DNA of 64,000 bases from the NCBI GenBank assembly GCA_013265495.1, contig MU062453.1:2142484-2206483 (forward strand). The letters run 5' to 3'. Each line of letters begins with the position of its first letter. Position 1 is the stretch's first letter. The notes under the pieces are model-generated. The model was not told where the DNA came from, did not search any database, and saw only the letters and a list, made by a program, of their open reading frames with translations. Both the position numbers and the translations under genes were made by a program. Shown here in pieces: positions 46,429 through 59,929 of this stretch. This DNA is from Vicugna vicugna. Lineage: Eukaryota.

Positions 46429-46785
46429 CAAGGGTCGACCAAATCCAGCCGCCAGCCAAATCCAAGCCACCGACTGTTTTTGTACAGCTTGGGAGCTAAG
46501 AATGGTTTTTACATTTTGAAATGGCTGGGAGGGAAAAAAAAAAACAGAAACGAAAGACTACTTCGTGGCACATGAAAATTATACGAAATTCAAATTTCAG
46601 AGTCTATAAATAAAGTTGTTGGCGCGCAGCCCCGCCCCTCCATTTACCTGTCATCTGTGGCTGCTTCTGCGCTGCAATGAACAGAACAGAAGGGCAGGGC
46701 TGAGCGGTGCAACAGAGACACCACGTCGCCTGCAAAGTCTACAACATTTTATCTGGCCCTTTGCAGGAAACATTTGCCAACCGGG
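46429..46785 (+). mobile_element. MER58B (hAT-Charlie)
   Basis: GAGCTAAGAATGGTTTTTACATTTT...TATCTGGCCCTTTGCAGGAAACATTTGCC; 8-bp TSD TACTAAAT / GTCTAAAT. Confidence 0.82.
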
Positions 46786-47793
46786 GTCTAAATCCCTCCT
46801 TGAGATGGAAAAAAACAAAAAACAAAAAACCACCAACGTCTTTTTCAGTCCTAGCTCCTCTGTGAAACCTTCCCTAGTTCCTGGGAACCACTTTGACCTA
46901 GGGAACCACCTCATGTTACTCACACCGCACACTCAGTGGCCATTGTCTGTTTGCTCTATTTGTCCCCTCCCTCCTCAAGGACCTGGGCCTGCAGGCTGAA
47001 TCCTCTAGTATCAAGTGTATTGCCTGGCTGTCAGTAAATATTGGTTAAACTTTTCTGGGCCACCTCTTCCACACTCTGGGTTCAGTTTTCTCATCTGTAA
47101 AGTGGGAGCGTTGATCCCGAAGATCTCCGGCACAGCATGGAGAAAGCACACCTGAGTCCTGGCCAGACTGTACAAGACTGTTTGCCAAAACAGATGTTTG
47201 GTTGGTTGTTTGTTTTGTTTTGTTTGTTTTAAAAGGGGCATTGTGAGAGCACTAAAGGGCACAAACTCATGGACTGTGGGCCTGATTTCAGCCCAAATAT
47301 TTTTTGCCTGCTCTGCACCTGTTTTAAATTTTCTTTTATTTCCATGCCAGTATAACCTAACCTACTATAAACCGGCGCACTTCAGTCAGGAGTAGTGTCT
47401 ATCCTGCCCTTGGGGGCACCTGAGTTTGCCATCTCTGGATGGAGAGTTAAAAGGTCATTACAGCCACGATGCCCAGGAGCCCTAAAGAAGTCTGGAGTCA
47501 AAGGTGAGGAATGTAGTTAGGCCAGTTGTTCCTGGATGGATGTCAGAATCACCCAGAGGGTCTACAGTGCAGATTCCAGGCCCAGCCCAGACCCACTGAA
47601 TCCTACTCTCCATAGTTTGCAGCACTGGATTTGGATTTTTTTTTTAAATTCTCCCCAAATGCTTATTCATCGCAGGTGGGAATACGTATCAAATCAAACT
47701 CTGCCAATGTCAGTTTGTCTGTACCTGTCAAAATTATAAATATACCTACCTCTTGATTCAGCAATTCCACTTCTGGGAATCTATCTTCCCAAC

Positions 47794-47957
47794 CAGTGTT
47801 TCTTAAACCTTAATATGCATACAGATCCCCGAGGTATCTTTCTGCAGTGCAGGTCCTGATCTAGCAGGTCGGGGGTGGGGTCTGTGATGCTGCAGTTCTA
47901 ACGAAGCTCCCAGTTGATGCCCAGCTGCTAGCCCTGGAATATTTTGAGTAGCGAGGG
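47794..47957 (-). mobile_element. MER5A-like, nested in an old L1
   Basis: CAGTGTTTCTTAAACCTTAATATGCATACAGATCCCC...TTCTAACGAAGCTCCCAGTTGATGC. Confidence 0.7.
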
Positions 47958-50124
47958 TCTGCATCTCCCCCACACATATACCCAGGGATGCAGGTGCAAG
48001 ATGCACTCATTATCCCATAGTCTGTCATTGCAAGAATTGGGAATAAACTAAATGTCCATCAACAGGGGACCAGCCAAATAGGTGTATCCCTATAATAGAG
48101 CATTACATGGCCTTGAAAAGTATCAAGGAACCTCTGTACGTACTGGCACAGACTGACCTCCAGGCCATGTCATTAAACAAGCCCCAAATCAAGGGGCAGA
48201 ACAGTAAGTGGAGAGTGCACGGACTTGTATAAGGGGGGTGGGCGGGGGAATATTTCTGGTCGTACTGACGTAGAGAAGCATGGAATAGCCTGGTAGAAGA
48301 AACTGATAACTGAGTGCCTCTGGAGACGGGAACTGAGTGGATGGATGACAGGGGAAAGAGGGTGACATTTTCCTTTACCCATTTGAATTTTGAACTATGC
48401 AAATACGATGCCTGTTCAAAAAAGAAATAAAAATTTAAATTATAATGACGCCTAAATAAAAAGACTCACCATGTGCCTCTTTAGAGAAAGCTCACAATAT
48501 GTATTTAGACCATCAGAAAAGCAGTCCTAGGGTGGGTCACCTCCTACCTCAGTACACCATGTGCATATGAGTGTGCACACGCACACATCTGGCTTTGAGG
48601 ACAGTCTGTGCAGGGTGTTGGCAAGCCTGCTGGGCTTAAACTCTGCAAACCCCTGTCGGATCCCACTTCTACCAGCCAAATGGTGCAAAGCAAGACATTC
48701 AGCCTCAATAAGCCCCTTTTCATGGGGATGATCAGAATAACACTGGCTGCCCTGCAGACCTCTGCAGGTGGAAAGTGCTTCAAAAACGGTCAAGTACACA
48801 CATAAAAAGACTAATTATAATATGAACCCTGATGGTGAGCAGCGGGTGGGGCAGTCCCAGCCTGGTTTCCATGGGGTCTCGTGCTTACCTCCCAGGGCAC
48901 CATGCAAGGTGGAAACCCAATATCTTGACCTTTGCAGTCAGGCAGCTGCTCTGAGCAACCCCTGGCAGTGCTATTCTCCAACTCTCCTCCCACCATCTGG
49001 TCCAGCTGCCAGGCTGAGTCATCTAGGGCCGAGGGACAGCACATGACCTGTGTGTGGGACTGGTGTCAGAGTGGTGGTTGGGGGAGGATGGAAAAGGCCA
49101 CAGAGGCTGTCACTCCCCTCTCAGTGGGACATTTCCTGCCTGAGAAAGAGATCTAAGCCTAACCTTAGGTCTTGAAGTCAGCTGGCTGCCTGGCTGTCTG
49201 GTAGTACTCCTCCTCCAGGAAGTCCACCAGTATGTGTGTGTGTACAAAGAGGGAGAGAGAGAGTACAAAGGGATGATAATAAAACTAACAAATATTGAGC
49301 ACTTACCCTGTACCAATCTCTGTCCTAAGTATCTCACAGATTAAACTCAGTGAATCTTCACTGACATCAGCAACATCATCATCCCCACTTTCCAGACGGA
49401 GGCCCAGGGCAGCTAGTTAACTCATCTCAGATCACACAGCCCAGATTCAGAGACAGGCAGTCTATCTCCAGAGCGCCAGCACTGAACCTCTCAGCCACAG
49501 GGAATTTCATTCCTGGAAGGGGTTTTTCAGGTGTCATTTATGCTGGCATCTGCCAGTGTCACCTTGGGCAAGGTACCTCTGAGTTTTGTGTTACAGAGCC
49601 TCAGTTTCCTCAGCTGTAAAGGCTCATGGTAGCAGTTCCCACCTTTCAGAGCTGTTTGGAGGCTTGATGATGAGATATTGAAGGTCCTGCACACAGGACC
49701 TTTCACCTGATATTAACTCTTCTGAAAATCATCACTGTTAATCAGATTAGCACACCTATTAGTATTCAGACTCTTGAATGAGGTATAGAAAATCTCCAGG
49801 CCTGTGCAAAAAGGAATCAAGTCTCTCTTCTTAGCAGTTTTTCCGTATCATTCATCTGTAACATGTAACCTAAATACCTTACCTTTTTCCTGTTTCTGTC
49901 AACCCCTGTAAGAAAGCAAGATAGGGTTAACAAGGGAAAGTCTGTAGATCCTGGCCATGATCAAAACCACTTTTTTTTTTTTTTTAAAGACATCAAGAAT
50001 CTTGATTTCTGCTGAGAGACTCTCTCAGAAGAGAAACCCATACAGGGCACCAAGTCCAGCCTGGTGACAGGGGAACAGAAGAAATTTATCTTTCAAGGTC
50101 ACTTCCACCTCTGTGTCCCCAGGG

Positions 50125-51740
50125 AGATTAATTCAATTCAGCAATTACTTAGTAAGTATGTAGGCTGTTCCAGGTTCCTGCTGGGGACTGGTGAGATGTG
50201 CTAAATGAGACAGACAGAAATCCCCATCTCACGGAGCTGACATTCTGGGGGAGGAGTCAGTCATAAACAAGTAAAGAGATCGTTTAACGTCAAGTGTCAA
50301 GAAATGCAATGAAGGAAAAGAAGACACAGTAAGAGCATGGAGAGTGATAGGAGTAGGGGGCTGTTATTTTAAGCCAGTGATCAGGGGAGGCCTCTCGGAG
50401 AGATTTAAGTAGAGAGCTAATAAAGTGAGGGCAGCCCAGGAAAGAATATTCCAGGTTGAGGGAGTAAATGGCATGTGCAAAGGCCCTGAGGCAGAGCCAG
50501 GAGACAGAATTTTAGGAAATGAGTTTGGATAAGCAGGTGAGGCTTTGCTTCTCTCCTACTTTCTTCTCTGCCAAACTGGGATAAAGACAGCAGCCTGCCA
50601 ATCCACCTCCACCAGGAGCCTCCAGGACATAATGGATGGGAAAATGCTTTGAGAGGGAGACCAGGGACCAAATGAAATGCTATTAATGGACATGCTGTAC
50701 AAGGCCCATGCCAGGGACACTTTGGGACAGTGCCGTTTCTCCTCCCTCCTGGAGATTCTGTTATCCTAAATACCACACTGAGAGAGCCAAGTTCAAACAT
50801 TTCTATTCTGCCATTCAAGAGATGTAAAAGGTAGGGCCCAGGGAGGGGAGTTCACATAGCACATCTCTGCTAGAGCCCCAGTTTTCAGGACTTGGCTCCA
50901 AAGTGTAACAAATATTGAACCATCCCATTCTCAGGTGAAGATGAGAGTAAATAAAATCAATAGTCTTATCTCCTTAAGAAGTTGTTACTTCCCTCAGGGC
51001 AAGAAGGAGGTAAGACTGTTTGTTGAGGGGTGGGGCTGGGGGAGGTACACTTTGCAGAGCAAATTACATGTGTTAAATGAGCAGCTTCTCCCACAGAAGG
51101 TTTCTTTGCTCTCTGCAAGCAACTTCTCATTTGTGCTTTTCAAGACATTCCCCTAATCTTCCTAGGTCTTCACAGCCAGTGCTGAGCAAGATTAGAGAAG
51201 GCTCTGGGCTCTTTGTCACCTTTCCACAGATGAGGACACTAAGACCCAGAGTAGCAGAAATAGCTCATCTGAGACTATACAGCAGGTTTATTTGTTCAGC
51301 CAGCAGATATGCATCATGGTGGACAGGAAAAACAGTGGGGAGCAGACCACATAGAAAATAACATAATGAATAAGATAATTTCAGAGAATACCAAGAGTTA
51401 CCAGTAAAATAAAACAAAGCGATTGGCAGGACTAATTTAGCATGGTCAGAGAAGGATTCCAGGGAGGGTGACATATGAGTGTGGCCTGTTAAGAAGCAAC
51501 CAGTCTTGTTCAAAGCCAAGCAGTAGATGGTTCTAGGCTGAGGGATGGCACATGCAAAGGCCCTGTGGCTGGAACAAGCACAGTATTGGAGTAGCAGAAA
51601 GAAAAGGCCATTATGGCTGGAGTAGAGCAGACCAGGGTGAGGGAAAGAGGGGAGGAGATCAAAGAGGTGGGGTCAGGGCTTTGCAGGCCACTGTGGAAAA
51701 TGTGGATTTGATCCTAAGGGCATGGCTGCCAGTGGAGGGC
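50125..51740 (-). mobile_element. L2 fragments (~50125-50500 and ~51300-51740) with intervening MIR/unique DNA
   Basis: CACGGAGCTGACATTCTGGGGG...TGCAAAGGCCCTGAGGC; CATGCAAAGGCCCTGTGGCTGGAAC. Confidence 0.65.
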
Positions 51741-52392
51741 CCTATGGTCTTAAAACCCATATCTTCAGAACCAAGGCTCACTCTTCCATGGCTCCCTTTG
51801 GCCTCCTGCACATCCTGGTACTTCCTCAGCTGACCCTGGAAGTGCCTGGTTGTGAACTTAGCCCGTGACTCTAACTTTCCCCCTCCCAACCCTCAGCTCT
51901 GATTTCCCAAAAACTCACTCAGCATCAACTGCTTTTCTCACAGGCAGGCAGATCTTCACCTTGGTTTCTCAAGTTCACGCTCTCTGAGAGCCTTGCAGGA
52001 GATGAATTTACATCTCCCTCCTCCCTGGCAGCAGTAGGAATTGGGGGTGGGGAAAAAGAGAGAGCAGAGAAGTCATTCAGGAGTGAATCTGCCTGCAAAC
52101 TAGGTAGAAAGGTGGAGAGAACACGGGCCAGACCTGATGTGAGGGTCTTATCAGCCCTGTCCTGGGGCCTGCTTCCATGGGCCAGAGACAGCTCTGGCCT
52201 CACTCCTGGTGTTAGATGGTGGCAGATGGGACCCCAGAGTGAGGCTGGCCAAAAGTGACCAAGCAGAAGGGACAGTGTCTCAGGAACCCTGCGGGGGGAG
52301 CTGGGACCCCCAGCTCCCCCCACCAAATCACCATCAGGCCTTCAAAACCGTTTCTTGGTGTTATCTTTCTTGGATGTAGGCACTTGAAGGCT

Positions 52393-52720
52393 TTTTTTTT
52401 TAATTGAGGTATAATTGATGCATAACATCATATTAGTTTCAGGTGTGCAGCATAATGATTCGAAACTTGTAAATATTGCGAAATGATCACCACAATAAGT
52501 CTAGTTAACATCCATCACCACACAAGGTCACAGATTTTTTTTCTTGCAGGGAAAACTTTGAAGATCTATTCTCTGAGCAACTTCCAAATACACACTACAG
52601 TATTGTTAACTGTAGTCACCGTGCTGGGCGTTACATACCCCGGACTGACTGATTTCATATCTGGAAGTTTGTACCTTTTGACCCTCTTAACCCATTTCAC
52701 CCACCCCAAGTCCACAACGC
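52393..52720 (-). mobile_element. L1 3' end (L1MA-like)
   Basis: TTTTTTAATTGAGGTATAATTG...GATCACCACAATAAGTCTAGTTAACATCCATCACC. Confidence 0.75.
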
Positions 52721-53059
52721 TGGTAAGCACAAGTCTTCTCAATATTTATAATAACAGCTCAGGCTTATTGAGCACTCACTGAATACTATGCACTATATTA
52801 ATACTTCACAGTTTTAACTCACGAAAACATCTATGTCAAATGGAAATTAAAAGATTCTTAGAAAACTTGGTGATTTTTATGGACTTCAACAGGCCAGCTA
52901 ACTCAAAACAACTACAAAAACAAAACCAATGCCCTTGTTGAATCCCCCTTCCCTGCCCCCCATGATATACTACCTGGAAGACCCTCCCACACGATTGCAC
53001 AGGACTGCTCTGGAACCTTCCTTCAGGAAGACCTTCCAGACACAAATCAAGATGCCTGC

Positions 53060-54240
53060 CTCACCTTATACCCACTGGGAAGGCAGCTATAATAAAAAGT
53101 ATTGGGGAGGACGTGGAGAANNNNNNNNNNNNNNNNNNNNNNNNNNNNNNNNNNNNNNNNNNNNNNNNNNNNNNNNNNNNNNNNNNNNNNNNNNNNNNNN
53201 NNNNNNNNNNNNNNNNNNNNNNNNNNNNNNNNNNNNNNNNNNNNNNNNNNNNNNNNNNNNNNNNNNNNNNNNNNNNNNNNNNNNNNNNNNNNNNNNNNNN
53301 NNNNNNNNNNNNNNNNNNNNNNNNNNNNNNNNTGAAGGCAACCCGAGTGCCCATTGATGGATAATGGATAAGGAAAATGTGGCACCCACCACAGAACATT
53401 ATCCAGCCTTAAAGGGGAGGAAATTCTGACACGTGCTACACAGTGAATGAACCGTGAGGAAACTCTGCTAAATGAAACGAGCCGGTCACAAAAGTACATA
53501 CATCATAGATGAGAACGAACCACTGATTGTCAAATAGTTATCAAACAAACAAACAAAACAGAGTGAACAAACCACACTTTTAAAACTGAGTCAATACTTT
53601 TTAAAAAAGTAATAGACTTCTTTAGAGCCACTTTGAGTTTACAGAAAAATTGAGGGAAAAATAGGAAAGTACGGAGAGATCCTCTATAACTTCTCAACCC
53701 CGCCCCAAGTTTCCCCTATTATTAACATTGGCATGGTCCTTTTGTTACAGTTGATGAGTTAATATTGACACATCATTATTAGCTAAACCCATAGTTTACA
53801 TTACGGTTCACTCTGTGTTGAATATTCTGTGGGTTTTGATGAATGTACAATGACAGGTACTTACCATTGTAGCATCATACAGCACAGTTTCACTGCCCTA
53901 AGAATCCTCTGTGCTCTGCCTGTTTATCCCCCACTTCCCTTCCCCGAAACCCTTGGAAGCCACCAATTTTTTTTTTTACCATCACCATAATTTTGCCTTT
54001 TCCAGAATATCATGTTGTTGGAATTTCAAAGTATGAAGCCTTTTCAGGTTGGCTTGTTTCACTTAGTAATATGCTTTTGAGTTTTCCTCCATGTCTTTCT
54101 GTGGCTCAATAGCTCATTTCTTTTTAACAATGAATAATATTCCACTGTCTGTATCACCATTTATTTATCGATTTACCTATTGAAGGACGTTTTGCTTGCT
54201 TCCAGTTTATGGCAATTGTGAATAAGGGTTTATACATTTG
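53060..54240. mobile_element. Two old L1 fragments of opposite orientation (+ ~53060-53510 spanning the gap; - ~53590-54240)
   Basis: GGATAATGGATAAGGAAAATGTGG...AAATGAAACGAGCCGGTCACAAAAG (+ strand 3' region); CCCATAGTTTACATTACGGTTCACTCT... (- strand). Confidence 0.65.
53121..53332. other. Assembly gap (212 N)
   Basis: N run inside an L1 fragment. Confidence 0.99.
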
Positions 54241-54385
54241 TTTTTGTTTTTGTTTTTTTTTGGTGGGCAGAGGTAATGAGGTTTGTTGGTTTGTTTGTTT
54301 ATTTTTAATGGAGGTACTGGGGATTGAACCCAGAACCTTATGCATACTAAGCTCACACTCTACCACTGAGCTATACCCTCCCCCC
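54240..54385 (-). mobile_element. Vic-1-type SINE
   Basis: Reverse complement GGGGGGAGGGTATAGCTCAGTGGTAGAGTGTGAGCTTAGTATGCATAAGGTTCTGGGTTCAATCCCCAGTACCTCCATTAAAAATAAAC... with a two-part A tail. Confidence 0.88.
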
Positions 54386-56024
54386 GCCATTTTTAAATAT
54401 TTTTTTTCAATTGTAAAAAGCAATGACATATGATTGCCATAGATTAAAGAAGTGTAGATAAACACTGAGAATGAAATAAAAATTTCTCATTTTAAAATGA
54501 AGAAACTGAGGCTCAGGGAGGGGATGTGACATGTTCACTCAGTCATTCCTCCAGTGAGTATTTATGGAAGACCTACTATGTGCAGGTACTATCCTGGGGC
54601 AGGGGACACTGCTGGGAATGAGAAGATTAGGTCTCTGCCCTCCTAGAGTTGACATTCTAGACAGAGAACAACCAAGGAAATAAATAAGTAATATGAATAA
54701 TGAAAAACAGTTCTTGTTTATTGTATACTTTTTTGCGCCAGGCATTGCTCCAAAATCTTTGTGCGCATTAAAGCAGTTAATACCTGCAAGCACACTGGGA
54801 AGAAAGACTATCATGATCTCTTTGCAGATGGGAAAACCAGAGTCCAGAGAGGTTAAGTCACAAACCTACAGTCACACAGCTTGAAAGTGCAGCAAGCAGG
54901 ATTTGAAGCCAGGTGATGGGGCTCCCAAGTCTGTGGGCTTACCCATGCTCCAAAATTAGGGGGATCATTTTAGACCAAGGATTGGTGGCAAAGCCCAGGG
55001 GTAAACCCTCATCTTCAGCTTCTTTGTTTCTGTTTTGTGCTGGGGCCCCTCTGCCTTTCAGGGTACTGGGAAGCCAAACTCCATTGTTCTTCTGGCTTCT
55101 TCCAGTCTCTTAGCTATGGTCCCTGGGGGTTGGCAGGAAGGGCTCCTGGCTGGCCGGGGCTCCTAAGTGCAATCAGATCCCCTTTATTTTTAAGCCATTA
55201 AATCCCTGATGACAAACGCTGCTCTTCAGAGGAGCAGGCTGACCTGACCAAGAGAACAGAGTCGCTGGCTATGGAAAAAAGCTACTCACCTCAGCCGGTG
55301 TTTTTGACAATCAGGCAGGGAGGGGCGGTCTCACCCAACTCTACTTCCTGCCCTTGCGATTCAAAGTCAGCAGCAGAAAAAGCCAAAAGTTTGTAGAGCT
55401 GTGTTGGCAAGGCTCTGGGGAAATGTTTCGGTAGTCTCGGGCAGAGGGGTGAGAGAAAGTTGCTGTAGCTGCTTTAAGAACAATTGACAACTACCCAACC
55501 TCAGAGGAACACAGCCTGTGACCCAGCAACCCGGGGGCTAGGGGCTCATCCCGCAGACATCCTCTGGATCCTCAAGCATGCCTGTCTAAGATGACACATG
55601 TACAAACCCATACATTACAGCAGTTTGCAGCAAGAGAACTGGAATAGCCCCGTAGCTCGCCCATGTCTTAAACAGGTTCCTGGTGAAATAAATAAGGTCC
55701 GTACTTGCAAAGAAATTCTATACTCTTGTTCAAAAGAAAAAGTCAGCCCTCCACGTGACTGAGCTCTGTTCTTTGTGTCTTTTTCGTACTGGGGCCCCTC
55801 TGCCTTTCAGAGTTCTGGATAAATTGTTAAGAATAACAAGATAAATTGTTAAGGGAAAAAAAAGCAAGCTTCAGAACATTATATGCAATCTCATCTGTAC
55901 CAGAAAGAAGCAGGAAGAGAAGCTATGTCTACAGAGGTGCTGAATCGTGAAATAAGGCTGGGACTTGGGGCCAGGCATCCTATTTCTGCCCCCTACCCTG
56001 CTGTGTACTCCGTATCCAAGGATG

Positions 56025-56131
56025 CTGAACATATACAAACATCACTTTATACGAAGGAATTGAGCATCCACGGATCTTGTTACCCATGGGGGTCCTGGAA
56101 CCAATCTCTCCTGGAGCCAACAGGATGATTG
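56025..56131 (+). mobile_element. MER2 (TcMar-Tigger) 3' terminus
   Basis: TTGAGCATCCACGGATCTTG...GGGGTCCTGGAACCAATC...GATGATTG followed by TA. Confidence 0.7.
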
Positions 56132-57654
56132 TACTTAACCTCTCTATGCCTCTGTTTCCTCAGCTATAAAATTGGCTCCTAATAGCTGGCTGGACTTGTT
56201 GGAAGGATCAAATAAAATAATCTACGTAAGAGGCTCTGCTCAGTGTCTAGGACATAGGAAGTGGTCAGTAAAGAATAGCCGTTCTAAGAATAATGATCGG
56301 CATTATGCACAAACTTTCGGAGGAAGACACACGAAACTGGGTACAGGGGCTGCTTCTGGGAACTGAAGGATGCAGGTGAGACAGAGGGCTGCTGACTTTC
56401 AGTGTATACTCTTTTTGAAGCATTTGATTTTTTTCTTTTCACCTTGTGCATGTTTCAAGAATTATTATTTAAAGGGGAGCAGGGCAAATTCCAAGTGAGA
56501 AGGAGCAAGTGAATTTCAGGTGGTTTTCCAGGTGGGTTTTCTGAGTGACCAGCAAACTGGGCCCCATGGTTCACAGTCTGGCTGCTCATGGGCACCACCT
56601 GGGGGGTCGTTAGGAGGGTGGGACCTCAGTTCCACTCAGACCTGCAGAAAGAGAATCTGCATCTTGACAAGATGTCCCGGTAAGTCGCCCGCGTATATGA
56701 GGTTGAGAGGCGCTGATTTTCAGGCTGCAGCCCTGGGGGAGCCTCCAAAGGCCAAAAGACAAGTGTTTTTCAGTTTTGTGTCTCAGCCAAGCAAAGGATG
56801 AATGGAGTGAGTGGCTCCTCTCTTGGGATGGTGGCAGGGAGGGGAGACAACAGGAAGAATTCAGAACTCTGCCCTCTCCCAACCAGAGGCTGTAGCACGT
56901 GAGGTCTGAGGCGTGTGGCTTTCAGCAGCTCCCCACTTAGGGTTTAAAATAACTTTCTGGTTAAAAAAAGAAAGGAAGGAAGGAAGAAAAGGGAACCTCC
57001 CACTGCAGCCCCCACAGCCCCGACATGAGAGGGAGGCCTCTGCTCCCCCCACCCCAGCCCCAAGCCCACTTTCTCTCTCCTTGGAGACAGAGACAGAAGC
57101 ATTGCTCAAGGAGAAATCAAGTGGCAGATTCGTAGAGCTGAAGGGCCTCTAAGAGAATCCACTTTAAGCTTCTCGTTGAACAAGTGGGGCAATCAAGGCC
57201 CAGAGCGGGGAAGTGGTTTGTCCAAGGTCACACAGCAAGTTAGGGGCAGAAATAGTTCAGGAATCAAAGAGGTAGGAGAGACCTTGAAACCATCCATTTC
57301 AGAGTTACAAACCGGAGGCCACACAGGTAGTGCCTGAAAGGGAAGAGGATCATCCGTTCCATCCCACAGGCTGCAGAGCAGGGACATGAGCTAAGCTGGG
57401 CTCATGAGAATCGGTTCTGGAAATTTTGTTGGTGCTGGGTGCCATCTTTGCATCTATTTACAGGAGTAGAGCCTGCCAACATTTTTTTTTTAATTGTAGG
57501 AAAATGTACGTAGCATTTACTATCTTAACTATTTTTAAGTGGTCAGTTAAGAGCACTAAGTACATTCACATTGTTGTGTAATAAGCCTGCCACCCTTGAC
57601 AGAGATATGGGTATAAGAAATGCATCACTCTTTTAGTTCTTGTCTAAGAAAAAC

Positions 57655-57858
57655 TGCAGGGAGCAAAATGATAAATGGCAACAGACAACAGGGAGCAGTG
57701 GGGACTGTGGCAAAACAGAGGAGCATGCAACCCCATCTGAGAGGTGGCCACTATTTAGCTCCAACTGACTCTTGCCTGCGGGAACGCTAGTTCATCTCTA
57801 TGTGAAAACCCGTGATGTTTTAAATTTGTTTTTCAAAATTCAAAACTGAAAACACTTT
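57655..57858 (+). mobile_element. hAT-Tip100 (MER45-like) fragment
   Basis: GATAAATGGCAAC...GTGGGGACTGTGGCAAAAC shared with the 12378 copy. Confidence 0.55.
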
Positions 57859-57931
57859 AAAAAGGTAAATAGAAAAATTCTCCCTCGCACTTGGGTCCCC
57901 CACTCCCATAGGTAACAGTTGTTGATTTCTT

Positions 57932-58168
57932 TTTTTTAAATTGAAGTGTAGTTGATTTACAATGTTGTGTTGGTTTCTGGTGTACAGCATAGTGGTTCAG
58001 TCATACATACATATTCTTTTTCATTATAGGTTATTACAAGGTGTTGAATATAGTTCCCTGCGCCTTGTTGTGTATCTATTTTATAAAGTTTGTATCTGCT
58101 AATCCCAAACTCCTAATTTATCCCTCCCCCCTTTCCTCTTTGTTAACCATAAATTTGTTTTCTATAAC
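57932..58168 (-). mobile_element. 5'-truncated L1 3' end nested in an older L1
   Basis: TTTTTTAAATTGAAGTGTAGTTGATTTACAATGTTGTG...; 10-bp TSD TTGATTTCTT (57922-31 / 58169-78). Confidence 0.83.
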
Positions 58169-59929
58169 TTGATTTCTTATGAATACTTATAGTTTCTTTA
58201 TAATTATATAAGCAAATTGTGACATATACATACATTTTTTCTTGTTTTCTCCATTTTTACACAAAAGAGAGCATAATAAATGCTTTGTTTTACATCCAGC
58301 TTTTTGCTGAACAATTTACCCTAGAGAACTGACCTAATCGGTACCTGGGCAGTGTCCTCATAGTTTTCTTTTCTATGGAAGGTCCATACTTGATCCAACC
58401 CATTCCCCACGAATGGGCACTGGGCCGTTATTCGAAACTGTTGCATTACAAACAATGCTGCCTGAACGACATCCAACATAGATCATTTTTGACATGTGTA
58501 CATGTATCTGTGGGCTAATTTCCAAAAAGGAGAGTTTCTATATTTGCATTCTTTATAGTTAACAATTTGCCAGATTGTCCCTTCATAATGAGTCTACCAC
58601 CAGCCATGTTTGTCCAAGGTCACACAGCAATGTCTGAGCCACTGTTTCCTCACAATTAAACACTTTTTTGTTTTAATGTTGACAAGTAAGCTAAAATAAA
58701 ACAAAATTAAAACAATGTGCATCCAAACAGACATGCCCGTGGGTCGCATCGGCCCCAGCTTTCCCAAATTCAACCCTTCAAAGCCCAGAAACGTTGATTG
58801 ACTTGCCTCAAGTTGCTCAGTTAATGAACTGCAGAGTCAGGATTTGAATCTTGACAGCCTGATTCCTATGCCTAAACTTGATCCACTTCCCAGCCAGCTA
58901 CCAACTTGGGGGGCCCTCAGCTTTGGTGGTAAGAAACTAGGGCTTCTGTGGAGTTACTTTGTCAGCTTAACTGATTGAAAAAGTCCCAGGCTTATTTGCA
59001 AATGGTAACTGTAGATGGAGCTGTCCCCATGCCCAGCAAGTACCCTCCTCTCAAATGTTATCAGTCAGCTTTTGCTGTGTAACAGCAAACCACAAAAATC
59101 TTATTTATTTCTGTTCTTTTAACCTAAGTCCCTTCACCCAAGTGCTTGAGGAAGCCCTTTATTGTAGAAGTAAGTCTGCAATTAAAACCCAGAAAGCAGC
59201 TTCAGACACAGACAGACATGAGCCCCACTTCTGGTTCAACCTCTTGTAAGCTCTATGACTTTGGATAATTGTCCCTTTTAAGCTTCCCTTGTCCTCAACA
59301 GTAATCCAAGGCTAATAACAGTCCCCACTTTGAATTGTGGTAACCGTAGTGGACACAAAATAAGTACCTTGAACATGAGAATCAGGCCCAGCTCACCAAG
59401 ATGCTCAGACTACAAAAGTCTCAAAGGAACTGGGTCTGTGTGAGAGGAGGGACTCTCCCTTATACTCCTCCACGTCACAGGCTCATAGGTCAAGAACAGT
59501 GGACAAAATCACCCGTTCTCACAACATTGTGATTTTTTTCCTGTCATCCCCATATAAATGGATATGTGTAACTTGCATACACATGTAAAGTAATTCCTTT
59601 ATATTTATGTTGTGTTTATGCAACTAGATTGAGAACAGAGACTGTCTTCAAGTGGGCAAGACAGACATGGGAACAGCTAAATCTTTTGCTAGGTAGAAAG
59701 AAAGAAACAGTGGCTGCCAAGGGCCATGGGGAAGGGCAACCCATCCCAGTCAGAGCCTGGAAGGGCTTCTGGACTTTTCTGAATCAGCCCTGGAAGGAGG
59801 GTGAGGGGAGGTTAGAAGTGTTAACATTTATTTAACAGTTATTTGCTTGGCATTCTCTTTCCTGATTTAATTTTTTCTACTGAGGTTTTTTTTTTTTCTC
59901 TTTGAAAAATAACACAAGTGTGTAGGTCA

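Noticed and set aside
55284-55292. Near-perfect minus-strand donor GAG|GTGAGT as an upstream PREX1 exon
   Set aside because: Identical donors occur at 12063-71 and 45515-23 and there is no convincing acceptor or ATG, so this is background frequency without transcript data.
20838-56362. Four TTCCCAGAA/TTCTGGGAA STAT motifs (20838, 40060, 47771, 56354)
   Set aside because: Dispersed, at least one lies within an L1, and there is no clustering.
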